A stretch of 64,000 nucleotides of DNA from Patescibacteria group bacterium (GTDB lineage: Bacteria > Patescibacteriota > JABMPQ01 > JAHIRA01). Made by a program: the position numbers and the translations under genes. The notes under the pieces are model-generated. The model was not told where the DNA came from. It did not search any database and was given only the letters and a program-made list of their open reading frames with translations. The DNA lies in assembly GCA_018818205.1 (NCBI GenBank), contig JAHISJ010000023.1, positions 95,103 through 159,102 on the forward strand, given 5' to 3'. Position 1 is the first letter of the stretch, and each line of letters begins with the position of its first letter. Shown piece by piece: positions 1-10,202 of this stretch.

Positions 1-725
1 TTACGCCGCTTATGGTACCGGTGCTTGTGCGTGACACTGTACTTGAAGGCTCAGGGTTTTTTCCTGCTGAAAAAAATGAAATTTATGCGGTAAATCCAGA
101 CGAAGATAATTTGTACTTAATCGGAACATCAGAAGCATCTGTTGCCGGGTATCATATGAATGAGATACTCGACAAGAAAGATCTTCCTAAAAAATATGTG
201 GCCTTTTCCTCCTGTTATAGAAGAGAGGCAGGAGCGTATGGTAAAGACACCAAGGGTCTCATTAGAGTGCATCAGTTTGAGAAGGTAGAAATGTTTAAGA
301 TAACGACTGAAGAGGATTCCTGGAAGGAGTTTGAGGAGTTAGTTGCACTTGCAGAAGAGATCTTACAAAGACTGGAACTGCACTATCAGAAGGTTAATTT
401 ATCTCTGGGAGACATAAATCACAAAGCAGCAAAAACATACGATTTAGAAGCATGGTTCCCAAGTCAAAATCGGTTCAGAGAACTTGTTTCCGCAACAAAC
501 ACAACAACGTTTCAGTCGAGACGACTCAATATTCGCTACAAAGATGAAGACAACAAGAAGTACTTCGCACACATGATGAACAGTACTGCAGCTGCATTCC
601 CTCGGATTCTCGCTGCAATAATGGAGAACTACCAGAACAAAGATGGAACTATAGGTATTCCGCAAGTTCTCCAAGGATATATGTCTGGTCAAGAAAAAAT
701 TGAGCCAACACAAAAGACAAAATAA
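1..725 (+). CDS. serS: Seryl-tRNA synthetase, C-terminal part (5' end outside window)
   Basis: Class II aaRS motifs LIGTSE, YRREAG, GLIRVHQFEKVE, KTYDLEAWFP, FQSRRLNIRY. Confidence 0.97.
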   Translation, partial: TPLMVPVLVRDTVLEGSGFFPAEKNEIYAVNPDEDNLYLIGTSEASVAGYHMNEILDKKDLPKKYVAFSSCYRREAGAYGKDTKGLIRVHQFEKVEMFKITTEEDSWKEFEELVALAEEILQRLELHYQKVNLSLGDINHKAAKTYDLEAWFPSQNRFRELVSATNTTTFQSRRLNIRYKDEDNKKYFAHMMNSTAAAFPRILAAIMENYQNKDGTIGIPQVLQGYMSGQEKIEPTQKTK

Positions 726-847
726 TCACTAGCTTGTTTTACATACGTTTCTCGTGAGACAAGTCTTTTAGAGTGAAACCCTCATGAATATGCTATGAAT
801 TATAGCCATTATTGTTTATAATTACCGGTAAGGATTAAACGCACTAC

Positions 848-1630
848 ATGCAGATACAAGAGCACAGAATAATTGTTCAAGGCATTAGAGTGACCTATAA
901 AACCTGTGGCGAAGGTTCGCCTATTGTGGTGCTGCATGGTTGGGGAGGCTCGTCAGACACGTGGAAGCAGTTTTTGAAGGAATGCGATACAAAAAATGTT
1001 CAGTTTATTATTCCAGATCTTCCGGGGTTTGGCAAAAGTGACGATCCACCAGTGTCTTGGACTGTTTCTGATTATGTCCATTTTGTTTTGGACTTTTTTA
1101 AGTATATACATATTCAAAAAGCAGTACTTATTGGACACTCTTTTGGCGGGCGAATCGCAATTAAACTCGCAGTTAGATATCCAGAGAAGGTATCAGCGCT
1201 TATCCTTGTTGCATCTGCAGGCGTTAAGCATACAAAAAGCCTCAAGCAGCGCGTTGGAAACTTTCTTGCAAAATATGGAAGAGCGCTCTTTGAACTCCCG
1301 GTTCTCAATAAATTTTTTACTTTTTCAAGGAAGTTGTTGTATAAAGCTCTCAGAGAACAGGACTATGTTGCAACGCGTGGAGTTATGAAGGATACGTTTA
1401 AAAATGTAATTGATGAGGATCTTACTGACTTGCTTGGCACTATTGCATTGCCAACACTCATTGTCTGGGGAACAAACGATTCGTATGTGCCCGTGTCAGA
1501 CGCGGAAGTTATTCATTCAAAAATAAAGGGATCAATGGTTGAATTGATTCAGGGGGGTAGACATGGTCTTCATAGAGATGTGCCAAAGAGGCTCTATAGA
1601 ATAATTATGCATTTTGTTTCACGTCCATGA
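848..1630 (+). CDS. Alpha/beta-fold hydrolase
   Basis: LHGWGG, DLPGFG, nucleophile GHSFGG, WGTND, C-terminal His; ATGA overlap with the next gene. Confidence 0.9.
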   Translation: MQIQEHRIIVQGIRVTYKTCGEGSPIVVLHGWGGSSDTWKQFLKECDTKNVQFIIPDLPGFGKSDDPPVSWTVSDYVHFVLDFFKYIHIQKAVLIGHSFGGRIAIKLAVRYPEKVSALILVASAGVKHTKSLKQRVGNFLAKYGRALFELPVLNKFFTFSRKLLYKALREQDYVATRGVMKDTFKNVIDEDLTDLLGTIALPTLIVWGTNDSYVPVSDAEVIHSKIKGSMVELIQGGRHGLHRDVPKRLYRIIMHFVSRP

Positions 1631-3252
1631 TATTTGTTCTTATATGCATATATGTGCTCGCAACAGGACTTATTGTAGTTGATCTTTTGTTTTGGACGTA
1701 TCTTGCACAATTAAAGGAATATCGAGTTGATAGACTTAAAGAGTATTTTTCCTCAACTGAGGGGCGAGAGCTTATAAAAAAGCGATTATTTCTGATTTTC
1801 TTTTTCTTCATTTTCTTGGCAATTGTGCTTATTATATCCTACCTCTCTCAAAATAAATCTATTCCTGCCGAAATAGCCGCCTCTCCTGTTTTGCTCTTTG
1901 CATTCTATGTCTTTGCACAAACGTACTCAATAATGCAAAAAATAAGAAAAAAACAGTTACGACTTCCAGGGATCACATCCAGAGCTATTTTGACCCTTGC
2001 TATTGCGATACTGCTTATGCTGATTATTGTCATTTTTAGTTACTCATTTCTCTTGCACTATATGGATGTTACGTTGCTTATGTTCCAGACGTGGTCTCCC
2101 ATTTTTGTTTTTACTGCAGTACTTGCCATTCACCCAATGAGTGTATTCTTAAAAAAACGAATATTCAAAAAGGCAACAGAAAAGCGAGACAAATGCAAGA
2201 ACCTTATAGTCATTGGTGTTACGGGGAGTTATGGCAAAACCAGTGTCAAAGAGTTTTTATATGGAATTCTAAAGGATCAGTTTAACACGCTTAAAACTGA
2301 AGAACACGTAAATACTGAGGTTGGTGTTGCTCGTACCGTACTTGAAAAGCTAACCAGTGATCATGAAATATTTATTGTAGAGATGGGCGCCTACAAAAAG
2401 GGAGAAATAAAAAAGATTTGTTCAATCGTTAAACCAACTATTGGAATAATCACTGCAATAAACGAGCAGCATATTGCACTGTTTAAATCAATGAAGAACA
2501 TTGTCAGTGCCAAAGCAGAACTTGCCTTTGCAGTGCCAAAAAAAGGACAGGTCATTTTAAATAAGGACAATAAATACTGTAGGTTAATAGGGTCAAAAAT
2601 CAAGAAAAAAACATCATATTATTCTATGAAGACACGGGCTGATTTAACACTTAAGAAGAGTGATATTGGGGCAAAAGGAACAACGTTTAGTGTAATTTAT
2701 AAAGGTGCCATACATCAATTTTCAACAAAACTTATTGGTGAGCATACTGTCCAAAATCTTCTTGCGGCAATAGTAACTGCACTAAAACTTGGGGTACCCT
2801 ATCAGAACATACAAAAGAGTGTGTCACAACTTAGACCGGTTCATGAAAATATGGAAGTGATTACAGCAAAAAATAGAGTGTACATTGATAATACCTACAA
2901 TTTAAATCCAGAAAGTATTGTTGCGGCAAAAAAACTAATGAACCAAGCGTATCCACAATACAAAAAAGTAGTAGTGCTTGACGATGTTTTGGAGCTAGGG
3001 AATAAAAGCTCGGCAATCCATGGTAACATTGGAAAAACGCTCTCTAAAGGGGTTGACGACGTGTACTTAATAGGGAAGAATTATGCAGTGATTGTTAAAA
3101 AGAGCATGCTTCGCGCGGGAAAATCGGCTTCCAGGGTACATATTGGAAAGCAGACCACCATTGTAGGGGACATAAGAAAAATGAAGGGTAACGTTGCAGT
3201 AGCGTTCCTTGGTAGGGGAGCAAAAAAGATTTTTAAGGGTCTTCATGACTAA
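1627..3252 (+). CDS. murF: MurF-family Mur ligase with N-terminal multi-TM domain
   Basis: GVTGSYGKTS P-loop, VEMGAY, DNTYNLNPES, LELG; hydrophobic first ~170 aa with QLKEYRVDR. Confidence 0.85.
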   Translation: MIFVLICIYVLATGLIVVDLLFWTYLAQLKEYRVDRLKEYFSSTEGRELIKKRLFLIFFFFIFLAIVLIISYLSQNKSIPAEIAASPVLLFAFYVFAQTYSIMQKIRKKQLRLPGITSRAILTLAIAILLMLIIVIFSYSFLLHYMDVTLLMFQTWSPIFVFTAVLAIHPMSVFLKKRIFKKATEKRDKCKNLIVIGVTGSYGKTSVKEFLYGILKDQFNTLKTEEHVNTEVGVARTVLEKLTSDHEIFIVEMGAYKKGEIKKICSIVKPTIGIITAINEQHIALFKSMKNIVSAKAELAFAVPKKGQVILNKDNKYCRLIGSKIKKKTSYYSMKTRADLTLKKSDIGAKGTTFSVIYKGAIHQFSTKLIGEHTVQNLLAAIVTALKLGVPYQNIQKSVSQLRPVHENMEVITAKNRVYIDNTYNLNPESIVAAKKLMNQAYPQYKKVVVLDDVLELGNKSSAIHGNIGKTLSKGVDDVYLIGKNYAVIVKKSMLRAGKSASRVHIGKQTTIVGDIRKMKGNVAVAFLGRGAKKIFKGLHD

Positions 3253-4513
3253 AAAAGTTATCACTACATCGCTATCTCCTAATATAACAGTAAGACAGGT
3301 GCGCACATGCCTTGGTTTTTTGTTTAATCCCTTTAAGTGGGGTGCATGGAGAAAGGGAGCGTGCGGAGATACGCTGGAGCGTTCATTAGAAGAGTATTTG
3401 CACGTACCTCATGTCATTAGGTTTGATAGTGGAAGAGCGGCGCTTTATTTTGCGCTTAAGGCGTTTGGTATTGGAAAAGGTGATGAAGTATTGGTCCAGG
3501 CATATACGTGTGTTTCTGTACCAAATGCAGTACTGTGGGCCTCAGCACATCCTAAATATGTAGATATTCAAGATGACTTCAATGTTGACCCAAAGCAAAT
3601 AGAAAAGCATATCACAGAAAAAACAAAGGCTATTATTGTGCAGCATACTTTTGGCAAGCCGGCAGATATGGATGCCATAGTAGAGATTGTCAAGAGATAT
3701 AATCTTATTATCATAGAGGATGTCGCGCATGCATTGGGGGCAGAGTATAAAGGCAAAAAAGTAGGCTCTTTTGGAGACGCGGCTATCTTCTCGTTTGGAC
3801 GAGATAAAGTTATTTCTGGTGTCTCGGGTGGCGCTGTGTCATGTAAGGATGATTCCATCTCTAAAAGAGTCAGAGAGTATCAAGAGAGTGTACCATCGTT
3901 TGGAAGAATGGCCACTGCAAAGCATCTAGTATATCCACCACTTTTTTATCTCATTAAGAAAACGTACTCGGTTGTATCATTTGGCAAGGCTCTAGCGTAC
4001 ATAGCAAAGAAGCTGAGAATCACTCCGCTTGTACTTACTGATTCAGAAAAGTGTGCGGTCATGCCAAAAGATATTTTTAAAAAAATGCCCAATGCGCTTG
4101 CCTGTCTTATCTTGGAACAATTCTCCTCTGTTGATACTATAAATAATGACAGAAGAAAAAAAGCTCAAGACTATTCAGAAGCGCTTAAAGAAGTAGAGGG
4201 TATTATTCTTCCCAGAGAAGACGTAGATGAAAAACATATTTTTCTAAGGTATACTGTGTTAGTAAAGAATGGAAACGAGCTTAGAAAAGTGGCAAAAGAA
4301 AATAATATCATTTTAGGCGATTGGTATTCTGTAGCCGTTGCTCCTCCTGATACTGCTTTTGAAAAAGTGTTCTATACTCAAGGGATGTGCCCTAATGCAG
4401 AAAAACGTGCAGCTGAGTCAGTAAATCTTCCCAGTCATGCTGACGTGTCTAGTAGTGACATGAGTAAAGTAATTAAGATCGTTAAAGACTATTGTTCAAA
4501 GAACCCACTATGA
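3245..4513 (+). CDS. DegT/DnrJ/EryC1/StrS-family PLP-dependent aminotransferase
   Basis: SGRAAL, GDEVLV, IIEDVAHALG, FSFGRDK; start moved to ATG 3245. Confidence 0.9.
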   Translation: MTKKVITTSLSPNITVRQVRTCLGFLFNPFKWGAWRKGACGDTLERSLEEYLHVPHVIRFDSGRAALYFALKAFGIGKGDEVLVQAYTCVSVPNAVLWASAHPKYVDIQDDFNVDPKQIEKHITEKTKAIIVQHTFGKPADMDAIVEIVKRYNLIIIEDVAHALGAEYKGKKVGSFGDAAIFSFGRDKVISGVSGGAVSCKDDSISKRVREYQESVPSFGRMATAKHLVYPPLFYLIKKTYSVVSFGKALAYIAKKLRITPLVLTDSEKCAVMPKDIFKKMPNALACLILEQFSSVDTINNDRRKKAQDYSEALKEVEGIILPREDVDEKHIFLRYTVLVKNGNELRKVAKENNIILGDWYSVAVAPPDTAFEKVFYTQGMCPNAEKRAAESVNLPSHADVSSSDMSKVIKIVKDYCSKNPL

Positions 4514-5544
4514 TAGAAGCTAAGGAAATAACAAAAAAAGAGACCTTTGAGGCGTTTAATTTGTCAGCAAAGAATCAACTCTTCTTGCAATCATGGAACT
4601 ATGGTGAACTATGCAAAGGACTTTCGGAGAAAGTGTTTAGACTAGGCGTCTACGAAGAAAACAGGCTTGTTGGTATTGCACAGATAATTGTAGTTGAGGC
4701 AAAGAGAGGAAGTCATTTTTTCTGCCCGTATGGCCCCGTATTTAACGAATGGAAGTCAGAATACTTCTCTACATTTATTGATTACCTCAAAAAGAGAGGG
4801 GAGAATGAATCAATCGCATTTGTCCGAGTGAGTCCATTTATTAAAAATACAATTAAAAACGATACTCTTTTTAAAGACCAAGGTGCAGTCGATGCACCAA
4901 TGCATGCACTTGCAGAAACTACGTGGCTTGTTGATTTGACCCAATCGGAAGAAGAAATCATGGAAGGTATGAGAAAAACCAATAGAAATTTGATTAGGCG
5001 AGCAGTAAAAGAAGGAGTTGTGGTAGAAAAAAGTACTGACGACAGCGCGGTCGAGGAGTTTATTGCTCTTCATAAGCAAACAAAGCTTAAGCATGATTTC
5101 ACGCCGTATCCTGATTCATTCTTTAGAGAGCAGGTGAAGCAGTTTAGGAGGGAAAGCGAAGTGCTCGTGTATAACGCGCGGTATCAAGACACCGTTATTA
5201 GTTCTGCGATAATTATGTATTATGGAAAAATGGCAGCATACCATCATGGTGCTAATTCGCTTGAGCATCAAAAAATACCTTCATCGTATTTGATTCAATG
5301 GGAAGCAATGCAGGAGGCAAAAAAACGAGGGTGCACAGTCTACAATTTCTGGGGTGTCTCACCGGACAAAGATAGGCCACATCCTATTTCGGGAGTCAGT
5401 CATTTTAAGCGAGGGTTTGGAGGGTATCAGTATGATTTATTGCACGCGCAAGACTTTCCGTTAGGTATTAAGTATCGGTTAAACTGGATTGTAGAGACTA
5501 TGAGAAGAAGGAAAAGAGGCTACTATTTTAAAAAACCAGAGTAA
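4510..5544 (+). CDS. FemAB/FemX-family peptidoglycan bridge aminoacyltransferase
   Basis: FLQSWNYG, PYGP, MRKTNRNLIRRA, YNFWG, FKRGFGG. Confidence 0.9.
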   Translation: MIEAKEITKKETFEAFNLSAKNQLFLQSWNYGELCKGLSEKVFRLGVYEENRLVGIAQIIVVEAKRGSHFFCPYGPVFNEWKSEYFSTFIDYLKKRGENESIAFVRVSPFIKNTIKNDTLFKDQGAVDAPMHALAETTWLVDLTQSEEEIMEGMRKTNRNLIRRAVKEGVVVEKSTDDSAVEEFIALHKQTKLKHDFTPYPDSFFREQVKQFRRESEVLVYNARYQDTVISSAIIMYYGKMAAYHHGANSLEHQKIPSSYLIQWEAMQEAKKRGCTVYNFWGVSPDKDRPHPISGVSHFKRGFGGYQYDLLHAQDFPLGIKYRLNWIVETMRRRKRGYYFKKPE

Positions 5545-5550
5545 CCATAT

Positions 5551-6423
5551 ATGGCGTTTACCCAAAAAAATAGACGAACACACAGCAGGAAGAAGCTTTT
5601 TGAGCAAAAACAAAAAAACAGGTTCAAAAAACCGCTCTATAAAACAAGAAAGAGACGTTCATTTAGCAGCAACTCTTTTCTTAATCAAAAGGCATATTTT
5701 GTTGTTTCAATACTTCTTGTTGTTTCTGTATTTTATTTTGTGTTTTACTACAGTTTCTTCCAAATACATAATATTATTGTTTCAGAAAACACTGTTGTTA
5801 CTGAGGGAGAAATAACGGAATCGGTAGAGAACCTTTTTAGCGGGCGTTCATATCTTATATTTCCTGCACGAAATATCTTTGTGTTCAATAAAGAAAAAGT
5901 AAAAGAAGACTTACTTAATAATAATCCACTCATAGCACAAGTATCATTTAAAAAGGAGTTTCCCGATGTATTAAGGGTTGTTGTTAAAGAACGAGAAATC
6001 GTGTGTGTGTGGGAGCAAAATAGTAGCCTGTATTTTCTCTCTTCTGATGGCCTCTTGGTACGTAATGCAACTCTTGGTGAAATAGAGTCATCTGATTATC
6101 CTATTGTAAGGAATTTGCAAGAGAAAGATCTTTCTCTTGGATCTGAAGCAACAACCCCTCGTATTATCCATTTCATTAAAAAAATCGATGAGCAATACGA
6201 GCAAGCAACAGGGAAAAAGGTATCACACTTTGAACTTCCATCCTCGCATGCATTTGAAGTTCATGTAAAAACAGAAGAAGGGCCAGCGGTATACTTTAAT
6301 CTAGAAAGCAGTGTGGAAAGTCAGCTGGAAGCATTAAATCTTATTTTAAGAAAAGAAATTGAGGGGAAGAAGCAGGTAGAATACATTGATCTGAGGGTGG
6401 GTAGTAGAGTTTATTATAAGTAA
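5551..6423 (+). CDS. ftsQ: Cell division protein FtsQ/DivIB
   Basis: Basic N-terminus, one TM, POTRA-like KKEFPDVLRVVVKER, C-terminal EYIDLR. Confidence 0.85.
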   Translation: MAFTQKNRRTHSRKKLFEQKQKNRFKKPLYKTRKRRSFSSNSFLNQKAYFVVSILLVVSVFYFVFYYSFFQIHNIIVSENTVVTEGEITESVENLFSGRSYLIFPARNIFVFNKEKVKEDLLNNNPLIAQVSFKKEFPDVLRVVVKEREIVCVWEQNSSLYFLSSDGLLVRNATLGEIESSDYPIVRNLQEKDLSLGSEATTPRIIHFIKKIDEQYEQATGKKVSHFELPSSHAFEVHVKTEEGPAVYFNLESSVESQLEALNLILRKEIEGKKQVEYIDLRVGSRVYYK

Positions 6424-6428
6424 ATGAT

Positions 6429-7556
6429 ATGAAAATAGGCATTGATGCACGTTTCTATGGTCCATTTGGCAAGGGGCTGGGAAGATATACAGAACGTCTC
6501 ATACACTCGCTTGAACGTATCGATACGAAAAATGAATACTACATCTTTTTGAGGAAAGAGAATTTTGATGCATACATTCCTCAAGGTAGCCGATTCAAAA
6601 AAATACTGGCTGACTTTCAGTGGTATACGCTTGAGGAACAAAGAGAGATGCCGCGAGTACTAAATGAGCATGCTCTGGATCTGGTTCATTTCCCGCATTT
6701 TAATGTACCGCTTATGTACCGTAAGCCTTTTGTGGTAACAATCCATGATCTTATTATCATGCGGTTTCCAACTAAAAAGGCAACAACATTAGGCCCCCTT
6801 AAATACAAATTTAAGCAGTGGGGGTACAAAACAGTTATTCGTTCAGCGGTAAAGAGATCAAAAAAGGTTATTACCGTTTCAAACTACTCTAGAAGCGAGC
6901 TTGCGAAATATTTTCATGTCCCAAAAGAAAAAGTGGTAGTGACTTATGAGGCGATAGATGAAAACGATATTCATTGCAGGGATTTTGCTTCAGTGAAGGA
7001 AAAATTCTCGATTAATGAGCCATATTTATTGTATGTTGGCAACGTCTATCCACACAAGAATATTGAAAGGCTTGTTAGGGCGTTTAAACGGGCACGGGAG
7101 AATCCCGAGCTTAAAAATATACACCTGACCATTGTATGTAAAGAAGACTATTTTCTCAGTGAGATTAAGAAAATAGTCAAAAATGAATGTATCGATAATG
7201 TGAATTTTACCGGATATATCTCTGACGATGAGCTTGCATGTATGTACTCAAATTCGCTTGCATATGTGTTTCCCTCGCTTTATGAGGGGTTTGGACTTCC
7301 GCCACTTGAGGCAATGGGTCATGGCATTCCGGTTATTGCATCTAATACCACCTGTATCCCCGAAATTTTAGGAGATGCAGCGGCCTATTTTGATCCAATG
7401 AGTGTGGATGATATTGTTGGAGCAATAACTAAGATTGCCGTGCAAAGTGAGCTTCGTGAAAGTCTCATAGAAAAAGGAAAGAATCGAGTGAAAGAGTTTA
7501 GTTGGAACACCTGTGCAAAGCAAACCCTTGCCGTCTACAAGCAGGCTTTAGAATAA
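6429..7556 (+). CDS. GT4-family glycosyltransferase
   Basis: MKIGIDAR, VTIHDL, PHKN, EGFGLPPLEAM. Confidence 0.93.
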   Translation: MKIGIDARFYGPFGKGLGRYTERLIHSLERIDTKNEYYIFLRKENFDAYIPQGSRFKKILADFQWYTLEEQREMPRVLNEHALDLVHFPHFNVPLMYRKPFVVTIHDLIIMRFPTKKATTLGPLKYKFKQWGYKTVIRSAVKRSKKVITVSNYSRSELAKYFHVPKEKVVVTYEAIDENDIHCRDFASVKEKFSINEPYLLYVGNVYPHKNIERLVRAFKRARENPELKNIHLTIVCKEDYFLSEIKKIVKNECIDNVNFTGYISDDELACMYSNSLAYVFPSLYEGFGLPPLEAMGHGIPVIASNTTCIPEILGDAAAYFDPMSVDDIVGAITKIAVQSELRESLIEKGKNRVKEFSWNTCAKQTLAVYKQALE

Positions 7557-7611
7557 ATACAAAATGTAGTATGATAGTAACTGCCAGGAGGGCTGTTTTG
7601 TAGTACGAACT

Positions 7612-10200
7612 ATGAACGAATTTTCTGGAAACACTAACAGAAAAAGACCATTACCGCTGGGTAGAAATAGAAGAACCCCGGCTTTTTTGGCATGGGGTAA
7701 AGGGAACCTTACTTCCAAAAAAAGCACTAGCATGCAAAAAGAGGTGCACGGAAAGGTAAGCACAGATATACGAAAAGTTCCGGTTACAATAAATAGTGGG
7801 AAAAGGGCTCAGGCAAGAATTGTGCCAAGAAAAGAAATTACCAAAGCACTTAAAAGCCTTAATGCAAAAGAGCGGGTTGTAAATCTGCGTGAGACACGGG
7901 AGCCTAAGAACAGAAAAACGGAAAGTATTGAAGCAATAGTCCCTTTAAAGACCGCAAAAAAAATACAAAGTCAAAAGAAAAGTGAACCAAAAGCTGAAGC
8001 AAACGTAGCACCATCTCTATTTTCTGGACGAAGCCAAAAAACGCATAACTTTTTAAAGCCGGCCTTTACTCTAAATACGATACAGGCTACAGAAAGTTCT
8101 GGAAAAAAGGAAAAGAGTGGTATCTTGGGGTTTATTAAGAGCTACTTTAAGACAATAAAAGATTGGAGGCTGAGTAGCGCATTTTCTCTCAATTTCAAAG
8201 CATCATTTGTATGGTTTGTTCTCTTTGCATTCATTTTTACCTATACTGTGCACTCTTTTGCATTTGTAACAGATAATGTGTATGAGGCAAAAGACAAAGT
8301 TGTCGACAATGCGGGTATCGGGTATCACTACATGACCTCGGCATCAAACTCTTTGGTGGACAAAGATTTCCATTTGGCTGAGTATAAGTTTGGTGTTGCG
8401 GCAGAGCGATTCTTTTCTTCAAAAGAGGAGATTGACTCACTTAGTAGAGGCCTTACCGGTGTTTTGGAGCATGTTCCCGGCGGTACGCAAGTGACAACAG
8501 CAGAAAACCTTCTTCAAGCGGGAGGAAACCTTGCTGTCGCGGGCGAATATGCAACTAAAGCAATGGAGCCTTTTTCTGAGTCGCAAGATCTCTTTGAAGC
8601 AATAAAAGAAAATGAAGAGGAATATGACAGAGCAGCTGAGGTGAATAAAGATCAACAAACATTAACTGAGGCGCTTGCCGTGTCGAGTGAGAACTTACAT
8701 TTAGCTCTTGGTAAGATTAAAGAAGCTGAAGGAGATTTAGAAAACGTGTATCCAGAGAAACTTCCGGAGGATCTAAGACCGAGTATTGAGCTTGCAAAAG
8801 ACAAAATGCCCAAGATTCGTGCATCACTCGAGTACTTTCTCTCATATTCAGACGTTATCTTAGAAATTCTTGGCAATAGAACGTTTAAACGGTATTTAAT
8901 CCTTTTCCAAAATAATGCTGAACTTAGGGCTACCGGTGGATTTATCGGCACGTATGGACTTGCTGAACTTGATGAAGGAAAGCTCACAAATCTTAAAGTA
9001 GAAGGTCCATACAACGTTGATGGTCAACTTACAGAGAATATTGTTGCACCAGAGGCGCTACATCTCATTAATCCGCGTTATTTCATGCGTGATGCCAACT
9101 GGTTTGCTGACTTTCCAACTTCCGCAAAAAGCGTTTCTGCCATGCATGAAAAGGCAGGGGGCCCATCTGTTGATGGAGTAATCGCGATAAACGCAAATAT
9201 GATAGTTGAGCTTCTAAAGCTCACTGGGCCAATAGAAATGGAGGAGTATGATGTTACCGTTACCCATGAGAATTTCTTTGAAGAAACCCAAAGAGAGGTC
9301 GAAATAAGTTATGATAAAGAACTTAATCGTCCAAAGAAGTTTATCTCTGACCTAATACCAAAAATTCTCGAAAAGATCCAAGGGGTAGAGCAAAAAAAGT
9401 GGCTAGATGTTCTTATGGTGCTTACGGGACTTTTTGACGAGAAAGACGTGCTTGTGTATTTTAATGATCAAAATCTTGAAGGTATTGTTCAAGATTTAGG
9501 TTGGGGAGGTGAACTTACGGAGACCGAAGGTGATTATCTTAACATTGTTTCTTCCAATATTGGTGGTGGCAAAACAGACAGGGTGATCGATCAAGAAACA
9601 GATGTTCAGGTTGATGTGCTTCCGGATGGTTCTGTAGTAAATACAGTGACGGTTAAAAAAACTCACAATGGAAACCCGAGCGATTTTTGGACAAGAGTAA
9701 AGAATGTTTCCTATATGCGTTTCTACGTACCTGAGGGAAGTGAGCTTATCGAAGCAAAAGGTTTTGACTCCGAACTTTTTAACCTGCTTTTGCCCAATGA
9801 AGATGGTGCGATAGTTGATCCGGTATTAGATGCGACTGAAGGGAAGGCTGCTATTCATGCTCCATCGCATACGAGGATGTATGCGGAGACAGGGAAGAAG
9901 GTGTTTGGCAATTTTGTTGGTGTTGAAGTAGGAGAGACCAAGGAGGTGCAAATAAAATATCGGTTACCCTTTAACATTGCACTTTCAGCTGATACCCCCA
10001 CCCAGCACTATAGTATGGTACTAGAAAAGCAGCCAGGGTCTATGCCTTCTCATGTTTCGTTTGTGATTAATTATCCGGTCTCATATATTGCATCTTGGCA
10101 GTATTTAACGGACGCGTATGTAGAAAAGAAGTTTAGACGGATAGAAAGCGAGTTCCTATTAGATAAAGATCAAACGTTTGCGGTCGTGTTTTCGAAATAG
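7612..10200 (+). CDS. DUF4012-domain membrane protein
   Basis: YLILFQNNAELRATGGFIG, RDANWFADFPTSA, SNIGGGKTD; long basic N-terminus then TM. Confidence 0.88.
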   Translation: MNEFSGNTNRKRPLPLGRNRRTPAFLAWGKGNLTSKKSTSMQKEVHGKVSTDIRKVPVTINSGKRAQARIVPRKEITKALKSLNAKERVVNLRETREPKNRKTESIEAIVPLKTAKKIQSQKKSEPKAEANVAPSLFSGRSQKTHNFLKPAFTLNTIQATESSGKKEKSGILGFIKSYFKTIKDWRLSSAFSLNFKASFVWFVLFAFIFTYTVHSFAFVTDNVYEAKDKVVDNAGIGYHYMTSASNSLVDKDFHLAEYKFGVAAERFFSSKEEIDSLSRGLTGVLEHVPGGTQVTTAENLLQAGGNLAVAGEYATKAMEPFSESQDLFEAIKENEEEYDRAAEVNKDQQTLTEALAVSSENLHLALGKIKEAEGDLENVYPEKLPEDLRPSIELAKDKMPKIRASLEYFLSYSDVILEILGNRTFKRYLILFQNNAELRATGGFIGTYGLAELDEGKLTNLKVEGPYNVDGQLTENIVAPEALHLINPRYFMRDANWFADFPTSAKSVSAMHEKAGGPSVDGVIAINANMIVELLKLTGPIEMEEYDVTVTHENFFEETQREVEISYDKELNRPKKFISDLIPKILEKIQGVEQKKWLDVLMVLTGLFDEKDVLVYFNDQNLEGIVQDLGWGGELTETEGDYLNIVSSNIGGGKTDRVIDQETDVQVDVLPDGSVVNTVTVKKTHNGNPSDFWTRVKNVSYMRFYVPEGSELIEAKGFDSELFNLLLPNEDGAIVDPVLDATEGKAAIHAPSHTRMYAETGKKVFGNFVGVEVGETKEVQIKYRLPFNIALSADTPTQHYSMVLEKQPGSMPSHVSFVINYPVSYIASWQYLTDAYVEKKFRRIESEFLLDKDQTFAVVFSK

Positions 10201-10202
10201 CA

